Made by a program: the position numbers and the translations under genes
The notes under the pieces: model-generated
What the model was told of the DNA's origin: nothing
The model's input: only the letters and a program-made list of their open reading frames with translations
Databases searched by the model: none
Assembly (NCBI RefSeq): GCF_002310835.1
Contig: NZ_CP011041.1
Coordinates: 570,001-602,000, forward strand
Origin: Pseudoalteromonas tetraodonis
GTDB taxonomy: Bacteria > Pseudomonadota > Gammaproteobacteria > Enterobacterales > Alteromonadaceae
Length of the DNA stretch: 32,000 nt
Reading direction: 5' to 3'
Shown here: positions 8,214 to 16,132 of the stretch, piece after piece
Layout of the letters: each line of letters opens with the position of its first letter
Numbering within the stretch: the stretch's first letter is position 1

Positions 8214-9242
8214 ATGGACTCGTTTATTTCTGACAAAGATGTAGAAACTAGTATTAGGCAAATGGAAGTAGCAGCAATTAACTTTGGTAGTCGTTTCATA
8301 AATGATTCAAAAGTAAGGGCGCTATATATGGAACAGACAAAAAAAATGTCTTTGGAATTAGTTAATGCTTATAAGACTGGAGTCATAACACCTAAACAAG
8401 CTGCTGTAGCTGCGAATGAAATGCGAAATGAAATCATGGCTGTCTCTCGCAGTAAAACTAGTGATATTGGTAAAGCTAAGGTTGTTAAGTTAAAGGCCAG
8501 TGGTTTGAATTTAGAGGTATTACTAGATAAATATGCAAAAAGCCAGTTCGGTAAAGGTTTTGGCGAGCTAAATGAATCAGAAGCTTCATCTATTTATAAA
8601 AAGATAGTTCAAAGTGCAGGGAAGGCAAACCCTAACGTTAGCGCCAAAGCAAACAACTTAGGCAAAGCAGGGCGAAGCTTATGGGTACTTTCTATATGTA
8701 TCGCAGTTTATAATATTAGTAGTTCAGATAATAAACTCAAAGCGGCAGGACGTGAAGCAACTAACATTGGAGGTGGCTTTGCTGGAGGCGCCGCTGGGGG
8801 CGCGACTGCTGGCATCTGGTTTGGGCCTATAGGTGTAGCAGTAGGTGTTGTTGTTGGTGGAGTTTTGGGTTCTATTATATCTGATCAAGTATATATTGAA
8901 CTTGCAGGCCCAGATGGGGAGTTTGCCAGAAGCTTTATACCTCGCTTTACTAATGTTTTTTCTACTAATGAGAATAAAATGGCGAGTGCTTTAATTACTG
9001 AGTGTACATATGAATTAGATAAGGTAATGGCTGTTTTTATACAGTTGAATGATAAGTATTTTACAGATGTTGATGACATAGCAATTGCTTATATAGAGTT
9101 GATTAGAACAGGTAGGTATCCTCTTATTAAGCAAGCTCTATCACTAAATAAAGCTCTGAAAAATTATCTTATTCAGATACTGGGTAGCGGCTGGACATCG
9201 TCTTCTGAGAAAGAATGCATAAGGTACCTTCGCCATGTTTAG
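8214..9242 (+). CDS. Glycine-zipper membrane-hairpin protein (candidate pore-forming or membrane-active protein)
   Basis: 342 aa. An amphipathic helical N-terminal half comes first, then AKANNLGKAGRSLWVLSICIAVYNI, then NIGGGFAGGAAGGATAGIWFGPIGVAVGVVVGGVLGSII (repeated GxxxG/A), then a soluble C-terminal region of about 110 aa. Confidence 0.75.
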   Translation: MDSFISDKDVETSIRQMEVAAINFGSRFINDSKVRALYMEQTKKMSLELVNAYKTGVITPKQAAVAANEMRNEIMAVSRSKTSDIGKAKVVKLKASGLNLEVLLDKYAKSQFGKGFGELNESEASSIYKKIVQSAGKANPNVSAKANNLGKAGRSLWVLSICIAVYNISSSDNKLKAAGREATNIGGGFAGGAAGGATAGIWFGPIGVAVGVVVGGVLGSIISDQVYIELAGPDGEFARSFIPRFTNVFSTNENKMASALITECTYELDKVMAVFIQLNDKYFTDVDDIAIAYIELIRTGRYPLIKQALSLNKALKNYLIQILGSGWTSSSEKECIRYLRHV

Positions 9243-9352
9243 TTACAGGGTCTAATTTAGTCAAACAGTGCTTTTTCCATTTGACCTAAATACCTCCTTA
9301 TAATATTGAGGAGGTTAAAATATCCAAACATATTCTGAATATTCAGTAGAAA

Positions 9353-9398
9353 ACCAAAAGCCGAAGGGCGGCCATTGATAACCTCTGGTCAAGCAGGG
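9353..9398. repeat. Dispersed intergenic repeat, copy C (degenerate)
   Basis: accaaaagccgaagggcggccattgataacctctggTCAAGCAGGg shares the accaaa(a)g head and TCAAGCAGG core with copies at 5078 and 10455. Confidence 0.45.
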
Positions 9399-9624
9399 AT
9401 GTTTGTCTTTGCCTTGAATACAATACGACATATCCAGCCTTAATATACCCATCTTAAAGACACATAAAAGTATTAATTGCTGTAAACACCCTGTTTGTAC
9501 CTAGAGTGCTTACCTCTTTTATAACTAATTGTTTAACAGTACCTAATTTAGGATTAGTATTAGGTACTACTTAAAACAATAATAAAATAAGTGCTAGAAA
9601 TAGCCTTTTATAAAAGAGGTATTC

Positions 9625-10371
9625 ATGGAAGATCTATTTATAAGTTTATTTGCAAATGTCGGCGTTATATTACTTTTAGTTTTGATATTAAAAGCAATTA
9701 AAAAAGTTGATTTAAATCTAATGTGGTCTTTGATTTCGTTAGGTATTTTAGTTTGCTACTTTTTTGCTTTGTTTAAAGGTGGAAAGGTTATTCTCTTGGA
9801 TATGCTTTTTCCTGATATGTCGTGGAATTGGTCTGGAAAAGTAGCGGCAATAATCCTTTGGTTAGTCGTACTATTAGCTTTAGTTAAATTTAAAGCTAAC
9901 TTTCGTATTGCAGATGCTGGTTTTACTTTTAAGCAAAATGAAAATTCTATAAAACCCGCTTTTACAGTTATGTGCTTGTTTATCATTTTACAGATAGTTG
10001 TATCACTTTTTTGGAGTGGTGAACCTAATTACGATTTAGAAACCTTACTTTATCAAGCAACAATGCCAGGCTTTGATGAAGAGCCTATGTTTAGAGGGAT
10101 TCTTTTATTTTGTATATCTTTGGCAATTATATCTGAACGCTACAGTTTAGGTGGTGCGTCAATTAACATTGCAGGGTTGCTCTTAGTGGTGTTATTTGGA
10201 CTAGTTCATGGCGTTATGTTTAATGGTGGAGAGTGGCACTTTTCTTTCCCCGCTATTTTATTAACAGGTGGCTACGGTTTTATTTTGCTTTGGCTAAGAG
10301 AGCGCACAGGGAGTTTGGTGTTCCCTATTTTAGCCCATAATAGTGTTAACTTTGTTGGGCAGCTAATTTAA
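9625..10371 (+). CDS. CPBP family (CAAX/Abi-type) intramembrane glutamic metalloprotease
   Basis: All three family motifs occur in order inside a polytopic membrane protein: EEPMFRG (EExxxR), LFGLVHG (FxxxH) and ILAHNSVNF (HxxxN). AGAGG Shine-Dalgarno sequence upstream. Confidence 0.85.
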   Translation: MEDLFISLFANVGVILLLVLILKAIKKVDLNLMWSLISLGILVCYFFALFKGGKVILLDMLFPDMSWNWSGKVAAIILWLVVLLALVKFKANFRIADAGFTFKQNENSIKPAFTVMCLFIILQIVVSLFWSGEPNYDLETLLYQATMPGFDEEPMFRGILLFCISLAIISERYSLGGASINIAGLLLVVLFGLVHGVMFNGGEWHFSFPAILLTGGYGFILLWLRERTGSLVFPILAHNSVNFVGQLI

Positions 10372-10387
10372 TTAAAAGTTTAATTTA

Positions 10388-10422
10388 AAAGAGATAAAAT
10401 CTTATTTAAGTTTTATCTCTTT
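10388..10422 (+). terminator. Hairpin terminator after the CPBP gene
   Basis: aaagagataaaa / ttttatctcttt: 12-bp perfect stem, 11-nt loop, AT-rich tail. Confidence 0.6.
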
Positions 10423-10454
10423 ACCAAGAGTTCTCAAAGAAGGCTCGTTTTGCA

Positions 10455-10540
10455 AGTGACATTAGAAAGTTCCATTCAAGCAGGCAGCTGTGTTTTCTTG
10501 ATGTTTTTATTCAAAAACCAAGTATTGTTACTTTTTCAAC
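10455..10540. repeat. Dispersed intergenic repeat, copy D, at the distal edge of the island
   Basis: See copy B. The ATTAGAAA..TCAAGCAGG..ATTCAAAAA..CAAGT blocks are shared in the same order and orientation. Confidence 0.65.
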
Positions 10541-10877
10541 CAATTTAAATATGGCTATGGACCTAGTAATGGCCTCGATTGGTGAGAATATGCGCTATGG
10601 CTTGGGTAAAGAACGCCCTATGAATTTGAGCCTTTGGTTATCGGCTCTGTCATCGTTTAGTGTCAGTATTATTTTTAGCCACATTCACGCATTCAGCCAT
10701 ATCAATTGAGCCTGTAAACGGTGTCTTTCCTTCATAACAAAACGAGCCGTTTTATATAGGAGACTGTTAAAAAAGCACTAAAACTGATAAAACTGTACTT
10801 TGCAAAATTTTAATTGCATTGAATGTATAGGCATTAACTTTATTAAGTGCATGCCATACCAAGCAAAGGGAGAAGCA

Positions 10878-11927
10878 ATGAGCTCTGATAGCAACTATAT
10901 TCGCAGACTATTAGCAACCATTGGCATTACAGCTTTAGCAATAGGCTTATTTATGCTGCTGTGGCAATTATCGTATGTGTTATTGCTTATATTTGGCGGG
11001 ATTTTATTTGGTGTTTTTTTAATAGGGCTTGCGAGCCTGTTACAGCGTTGGCTACCTTTACCCAGATGGGGACTGGTAATGCTTGTTACTGCTACCGTAT
11101 TGGGGTTATTAATACTTGCTGGCTACTTGGTTGGTCCCGCTATTATGGATCAGTTGTTACAGCTTAGAGAGCAAATAACTGGTGGGGTAAAACAGTTAGA
11201 AGGTTACTTGAAGGGTAAAGAGTGGGGCGAGGCTCTGCTTCAGTGGGCGCAAGGGCAATGGGAACAAGCACCACTTTCACCAAGAAAGCTGATGGGGGAA
11301 GTTTCCGGGGTCTTTTCTACTTTATTTGGTTCACTTGCTGATATATTTGTTATTTTATTTATTGGTTTTTACCTCGCATTGCACCCTAAACCTTATAAAA
11401 AAGGGGTGCTATTTTTATTTCCAAGTGATAAACGCAGCCGCATAAATGAAGTAATGCACAGTGTATATTATGCATTGAAGTTATGGTTAATGGGCCGTGC
11501 AACATCAATGATTGTGGTCGGGCTTTTAACCGCGTTAGGTTTGTGGCTTATTGATATGAAATTGATAATGGCGTTGGCATTGCTTGCGGGTTTGTTATCG
11601 TTTGTGCCATTTATAGGACCTATTGCCGCTTTGATACCTGCGGTATTAGTCGCGTTACTCAATAGCCCAACCCAAGCTGCGTATGTACTAGTCGTGTACG
11701 GTGTTGTACAAGTGCTCGAGAGTAATGTAATAACACCGTTTGTACAAAGAACAGCTGTTTCATTGCCGCCAGCAGTTATGCTTGGTGGGCAATTATTGAT
11801 GGGCGCTATGTTTGGAATTCATGGCTTGGCGCTTTCAACGCCGTTGTTAGTATCAATTATTGTCACAGTGCAGATGCTCTATATACGGGATGTTTTAAAA
11901 GAGAAAATCCAACCATTAGGGCAGTGA
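10878..11927 (+). CDS. AI-2E family transporter (PerM/YhhT/TqsA-type, UPF0118)
   Basis: I place the start at ATG 10878 (GGGAGA upstream) rather than the listed TTG 10800. Polytopic membrane protein with the family-typical GLLSFVPFIGPIAALIPAVLVALL segment and overall layout. Confidence 0.85.
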   Translation: MSSDSNYIRRLLATIGITALAIGLFMLLWQLSYVLLLIFGGILFGVFLIGLASLLQRWLPLPRWGLVMLVTATVLGLLILAGYLVGPAIMDQLLQLREQITGGVKQLEGYLKGKEWGEALLQWAQGQWEQAPLSPRKLMGEVSGVFSTLFGSLADIFVILFIGFYLALHPKPYKKGVLFLFPSDKRSRINEVMHSVYYALKLWLMGRATSMIVVGLLTALGLWLIDMKLIMALALLAGLLSFVPFIGPIAALIPAVLVALLNSPTQAAYVLVVYGVVQVLESNVITPFVQRTAVSLPPAVMLGGQLLMGAMFGIHGLALSTPLLVSIIVTVQMLYIRDVLKEKIQPLGQ

Positions 11928-11937
11928 TACGTTAAAG

Positions 11938-11975
11938 AAAGTGGCAAGTTATATAAATATAATTTGCCACTTTTT
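11938..11975 (+). terminator. Rho-independent terminator of the AI-2E gene
   Basis: aaagtggcaa / ttgccacttt: 10-bp perfect stem, then ttttt. Confidence 0.7.
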
Positions 11976-12065
11976 ATGCCTATTAATTAACAAGTTACTC
12001 TTGTGTAGCCAACATAAAACATATTGGTTAGATGGCTGTTTAATGTTGAGCGGCGAGGTTTGCTT

Positions 12066-12803
12066 TTACTCTGCAGCATGGGGTAAAACAAATGAGAGTG
12101 TGGCTAAATGCTCTGTTTTATCAAATACATTTAAATTTGTGCTTTTTTCGTCATAGATTGCGGCTACTACGTTTAAGCCTTGGTTACGCAATGGCAATGT
12201 GACCAAGCCGTCATCATTACTAATTATTGGCTCTTGATCTGGGTCGTTTACTAAATCATTGATTACTTTAGCGCCTTGAACCGCTTTGCTATTGAAAGTT
12301 ATGCGGTAGCTGACTATTGCGCCTTTTTGATCTGAAAATTCGTTACCTACAGGTAGGATTTGTAATTGCTGATTTTTAAGTGCAGGTACTTGGGCAAGCG
12401 GGCCACGCAAATGTACTGCGTACTTTTTAGTATGTTCGCTTAATAGTGCATTGGGGATTTCATCTCGACCTTTAGCAAACCATTCACCTTCTTTTGTTTT
12501 ACTCCACAACCCATTATCGAGCATACCAGTAATCGCATAAACGCTTTTATCACTTAGCAGCATCATAGGCCCTGATTCAATAAGTTTTACGTTTTTTAGT
12601 TGCCAGTTTTTATTATAGCCAGTAATGCTTTTAATTTTATTTTGTCGTTTTACGGTATCTAAATCTTGTGCGCCTTCGCCATATATAAAGGCTACCTGTG
12701 ATGAGCGCTCTGCAAACCATATTGCATGAGCCTGTGCTTGTTCGCTGTATGCGCTTGATATTGAAGTGACTAATGCCATGCAGGCGAAAGGTAATATTTT
12801 CAT
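12066..12803 (-). CDS. DUF4198 domain periplasmic protein (accessory protein often found with TonB-dependent metal uptake)
   Basis: Signal peptide MKILPFACMALVTSISSAYS. The mature N-terminus AHAIWF resembles the H-x-H/W start typical of DUF4198. About 245 aa, beta-rich. Divergent from a TonB-dependent receptor gene. Confidence 0.7.
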   Translation of the reverse strand: MKILPFACMALVTSISSAYSEQAQAHAIWFAERSSQVAFIYGEGAQDLDTVKRQNKIKSITGYNKNWQLKNVKLIESGPMMLLSDKSVYAITGMLDNGLWSKTKEGEWFAKGRDEIPNALLSEHTKKYAVHLRGPLAQVPALKNQQLQILPVGNEFSDQKGAIVSYRITFNSKAVQGAKVINDLVNDPDQEPIISNDDGLVTLPLRNQGLNVVAAIYDEKSTNLNVFDKTEHLATLSFVLPHAAE

Positions 12804-12940
12804 TTTTTTCTCTAAATTTAAGGAGGTATTTATTTTTCGATGTTGAATACGTTTAACTCAAAAATAAAAACAACCCCTAATAACTTTGTAAAATTTGTTG
12901 CTGTAGGGTAGCTCTTTTTATTCTGCTTGTATATTATTGC

Positions 12941-12961
12941 AAATAACAATTGTTACCATTT
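12941..12961. promoter_or_regulatory. Palindromic operator candidate (Fur-box-like) in the divergent DUF4198/TBDR promoter region
   Basis: aaataacaattgttaccattt is a 21-bp near-palindrome centred on AACAATTGTT. The overlapping 19-mer gcaaataacaattgttacc (12939-12957) matches GATAATGATAATCATTATC at 12 of 19 positions by hand alignment. It lies about 90 bp upstream of the receptor ATG. Confidence 0.35.
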
Positions 12962-13050
12962 GCATTTCGTACTTATTTAATCGGCTCTAGTTAAAAAATT
13001 TTTTAGTGAAAACTTAACCGATTAAGCTTGTATGATATCTAAGAGATAGA

Positions 13051-15159
13051 ATGAACTTAATAAATCGATACCAAATATCAGCCCTAACAATTGCTATAAG
13101 TACCATTTTAGCGCCTTCTGTATACGCAGCTTCAGCATCAGATAACATTGAGAAAATAGCGGTTTCGGGGGTTAGACAAGCTTTTCGTGGCGATGTGCCT
13201 TTAAGCGAGCAACCACAAAGTATTGAGTTTATATCAGCAGAAAACCTCGATGACGCAGGAGTGACTACACTCACCGATATATTTGATTTAACGCCGAGTA
13301 TTTCTGAACAAAATGATTTTGGTGGATTGTGGGAAAGCTTTGCAATACGTGGGTTAGTAGGCGATGAGAATATTCCTTCAGGCTTTTTAATTAATGGTTT
13401 TTCATCGGGTCGAAGTTTTAGTGGTACCCGCGATACTAGCAATATTGATTATGTAGAAGTGATGAAAGGGCCTGGCTCTGCTCTTTATGGCCGTTCTGAG
13501 CCTGGCGGTACTATTAATATCATCACTAAAAAGCCACAGTTTGAAGAACAAGGCTCTTTGAAAGTATCAGCCGGTAGCTGGCAAAGTTATCGCGCTGAAG
13601 GCGACTACACTAATGCAATTAATGATCAAGTTGCTTTTAGAATAAACGGTGCAATTGAAGACGGTGAGGGTTTTAGAGACTACCACGAAAATAAAAAAAC
13701 AGTGATCACACCTTCAGTTCTTTGGTTAATATCCGACACAACAAAATTAAATTATGAACTAGAATATGTTGATCAGAGTGTGACGTTTGACCGTGGTATA
13801 GTTGCTCTAGATGGGAAGATAGACGCATTACCTATTGAAACGTTTTTAGGTGAGCCAAGCGATGAACCAACAGAGGTTGATGCGATTTCTCATCAACTGA
13901 CCTTTGAGCATCAAATAGGGCAATGGTCACTTTTAAATGGGCTTAGCTATAGCGATTCTAAATTTATAAGCGAATCGAGTGATGCTGAACTCGCCCCTAG
14001 CAGGCAGCTTTATTTTACTGATGGCGAAACCTTAAGTCGGCAACATAACGAGCGTGATTTTCAAACTAAAAACATCTCAGCGCGCACTGAGCTAAGTGGT
14101 AGCGTTACTGCTGCTGGGTTTACCCATCACTTATTAATTGGCGCAGATGCCAGCAAGTTTGATTTTGACAAACTCTGGTACAGATACCGCCCTACGCTTG
14201 AAGATACGCGCTATGCAATCAATATGTATAACCCCGTGTATGGGCAAACAGCACCCGAAGGCTCACTTTTATTTAACAGCACTGAAGTACAGCACAGTTA
14301 CGGGGTTTATATTCAAGATCAAATCGACATCACTGAGCAGTGGAAAGTACAAGTAGGCGGTCGTTATGATTGGTTTGATCAGCAAATAGATAATCACATT
14401 GATCAAAGTCAGTCTAAAAGCAATCAGAGTACATTTAGCCCACGAGTAGGCTTAGTGTATGCTTACTCAGACGACATACAGTATTACAGCAGTTACTCGG
14501 AAGGTTTTAGGCCAAACAGTGGTTACGATATAAACGGTGATGCATTTAAGCCAGAATCAACAACCTCTATTGAGGCGGGTGTTAAATTTAGCACCGATAA
14601 CCTAAATGGCAGCTTTACTGTATTTAGCGCCGAAAAAAGTAATATGTTGACCACAGATTTGCAAGCAGGCGTGTCGACGGCGTTAGGCGAGGTAACTAGC
14701 GAAGGCGTTGAGTTTGATTTACACGGTTATATTACAGAGCGCACGTCATTTGATTTTGCCTATACCTACACCGATGCAAAAACAGCAAACTACACGGTTA
14801 ATACAGATTGGTGGGTAAAATTACCAAAAGGTAGCCCTTTACTTAATATTCCTAAACACAGTGCAAATGCGCGTATTAAAAGAGAATTAAATGATTTAAT
14901 CGATTTAAATGCGACCGTTGGTATAGCTGTTCAGTATGAGGGGGAACGCTTAGGTGAAACCATAGACCCTACGTATTTCTTACCTTCGTATACGTTGGTG
15001 AATTTGTTCGCAACTTACAACGTTAATGAAGATGTGATGGTACAACTGAACATTAATAACGTGCTTGATAAAGAATATTACTCAAACTCTTACTCTGCAA
15101 TTTGGACTCAACCCGGTGAGCCTGTTAATTATAAGCTGAGCTTAAAATATAGCTTTTAA
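13051..15159 (+). CDS. TonB-dependent siderophore-type outer membrane receptor
   Basis: Signal peptide ending VYA|AS, TonB-box-like IEKIAVSG, plug-domain motif DYVEVMKGPGSALYGRSEPGGTINIITKKP, 702 aa, and a terminal beta-strand ending ...LSLKYSF (C-terminal Phe). Confidence 0.9.
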   Translation: MNLINRYQISALTIAISTILAPSVYAASASDNIEKIAVSGVRQAFRGDVPLSEQPQSIEFISAENLDDAGVTTLTDIFDLTPSISEQNDFGGLWESFAIRGLVGDENIPSGFLINGFSSGRSFSGTRDTSNIDYVEVMKGPGSALYGRSEPGGTINIITKKPQFEEQGSLKVSAGSWQSYRAEGDYTNAINDQVAFRINGAIEDGEGFRDYHENKKTVITPSVLWLISDTTKLNYELEYVDQSVTFDRGIVALDGKIDALPIETFLGEPSDEPTEVDAISHQLTFEHQIGQWSLLNGLSYSDSKFISESSDAELAPSRQLYFTDGETLSRQHNERDFQTKNISARTELSGSVTAAGFTHHLLIGADASKFDFDKLWYRYRPTLEDTRYAINMYNPVYGQTAPEGSLLFNSTEVQHSYGVYIQDQIDITEQWKVQVGGRYDWFDQQIDNHIDQSQSKSNQSTFSPRVGLVYAYSDDIQYYSSYSEGFRPNSGYDINGDAFKPESTTSIEAGVKFSTDNLNGSFTVFSAEKSNMLTTDLQAGVSTALGEVTSEGVEFDLHGYITERTSFDFAYTYTDAKTANYTVNTDWWVKLPKGSPLLNIPKHSANARIKRELNDLIDLNATVGIAVQYEGERLGETIDPTYFLPSYTLVNLFATYNVNEDVMVQLNINNVLDKEYYSNSYSAIWTQPGEPVNYKLSLKYSF

Positions 15160-15167
15160 TTTATCCT

Positions 15168-15195
15168 TGGGGCAGGCTTAACGATGCTTGCCCCA
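15168..15195. terminator. Bidirectional hairpin between convergent genes
   Basis: tggggcaggc / gcttgcccca: 10-bp stem with one mismatch, 8-nt loop, between the ends of 13051..15159(+) and 15201..15581(-). Confidence 0.6.
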
Positions 15196-15200
15196 TCACT

Positions 15201-15581
15201 TTATTCAGGCTGTGCACCTGTTCCAAGTAAAGTGTCAATATAAGCGAGCTCTTCGCTAAAAATACCACAAAAAAATGCGCTTTGTTCAATTATTACAGCG
15301 TCATTAGGCTGGGCTTTGTAGCTTTGCTGGCATCTGGCAAGTTCGCGGGTTAACCACGAGCACTCATTACTTGCAGTGTTTATAGCTGCTTTTAAAAAAG
15401 AGGGCCATTTGATTTTTTGTAAATTAAAGCGATAGAGCATTACAGCGATACAGCCATAGGCTTGTTGTTCTTGTGATGGTGGGTTATCACTCGTTACTAC
15501 GTCGCTGTTTAACAGTTTACTGTTGATAAGTGCTTGTTGCAGTGCGACCTGTTGTGATTGACTTAAAAAGCTTGTTGTCAT
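15201..15581 (-). CDS. Hypothetical 126-aa protein
   Basis: ORF with backbone-like composition, bounded by the convergent hairpin. No recognisable motifs and a weak Shine-Dalgarno sequence. Confidence 0.5.
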   Translation of the reverse strand: MTTSFLSQSQQVALQQALINSKLLNSDVVTSDNPPSQEQQAYGCIAVMLYRFNLQKIKWPSFLKAAINTASNECSWLTRELARCQQSYKAQPNDAVIIEQSAFFCGIFSEELAYIDTLLGTGAQPE

Positions 15582-15852
15582 AATGCGTGAGTAGCCCTGG
15601 TTACAATAGAAAATAGCATTTTGTATTAAAGGCTAAGCAAGGCGTTTTATGACTCATGCAGCACCGAAAAAATGCAACAACAGTGATAACAAAATTGGCC
15701 TGACTCTTTACTGAATTATTAAAATACAATTGTAATTGATTGGATAGTTTTGAAGTATATTAGCATCAATATTTTAATATCAATGCAGCGCATAACTGAG
15801 TTAGGTAATTGACTAAATAATTACTATTAGATGCGTTTTTAAAGGAATAAAG

Positions 15853-16132
15853 ATGTTTTTATCATTTTTTAAAAATCTTTTATATTGTTTATATAGTAAT
15901 TTACTCGGTCAAATCTATCACTCATCCGCAGAGACAGATGTTATTGCTTAAGGTGCTTTATCAGTTGAGTTATCAATCTGCGCTAGGTGTTACTGAGAAA
16001 TAAGAGTTATATACTTTATCAAGGTGTGGGCGTTATGCAGTAAGCCGTTTAAAGAAACTATGCCCAGATAAAGCGAGTAAATTTTTATTACCTAAAATGA
16101 CATGTACAAAAGCAGAACGCTATTTTAAATAA
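15853..16132 (+). pseudogene. Decayed paralog of island gene 5917..6345
   Basis: Nucleotide and protein similarity to 6098-6348: NLLGQIYHSSAETDVIA* matches DLLGKIYHSSGETEKDVIAL, then QLSYQSALGVTEK*ELYTLSRCGRYAVSRLKKLCPDKASKFLLPKMTCTKAERYFK* matches QLSYQSALGVTEEYELYTLSRCERFAVNFLNKLCSDKVSKLPLPKLTCTKAKQYL*. There are in-frame stops at 15949-15951 and 16001-16003, plus internal deletions. Confidence 0.8.

Noticed and set aside
5077-10540. Integron gene-cassette array, with attC sites in the spacers
   Set aside because: Same-strand small ORFs separated by repeat-bearing spacers looked cassette-like. However, I could not find the paired RYYYAAC ... GTTRRRY core sites or the imperfect attC palindromes at ORF ends, and there is no intI gene. 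The shared motif has a different structure.
10550-10708. 52-codon ORF (MAMDLVMASIGENMRYGLGKERPMNLSLWLSALSSFSVSIIFSHIHAFSHIN) between the island and the AI-2E gene
   Set aside because: It has no Shine-Dalgarno sequence and no recognisable motif, and it is below the size where I can separate it from chance. It might be a gene remnant at the island junction, but I cannot support calling it.
10800-10877. N-terminal extension of the AI-2E transporter ORF from TTG 10800
   Set aside because: The extension (MQNFNCIECIGINFIKCMPYQAKGEA) is not membrane-protein-like and has no ribosome-binding site. ATG 10878 has GGGAGA at proper spacing and begins the typical family N-terminus.
11941-12156. 71-aa plus-strand ORF after the AI-2E gene
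   Set aside because: It starts inside the terminator hairpin and overlaps the 3' end of the convergent DUF4198 gene. It has no start context.
12821-12912. Strong AAGGAGGT on the + strand, followed by a 23-codon ORF (MLNTFNSKIKTTPNNFVKFVAVG)
   Set aside because: The spacing from the Shine-Dalgarno-like sequence to the ATG is about 12 nt, which is too long, and the peptide is tiny and featureless. The motif is more likely coincidental within the divergent promoter region.
13014-13442. 142-aa minus-strand ORF overlapping the 5' end of the TonB-dependent receptor gene
   Set aside because: It is a shadow ORF opposite the conserved plug-domain coding region. It would also run through the divergent promoter region.
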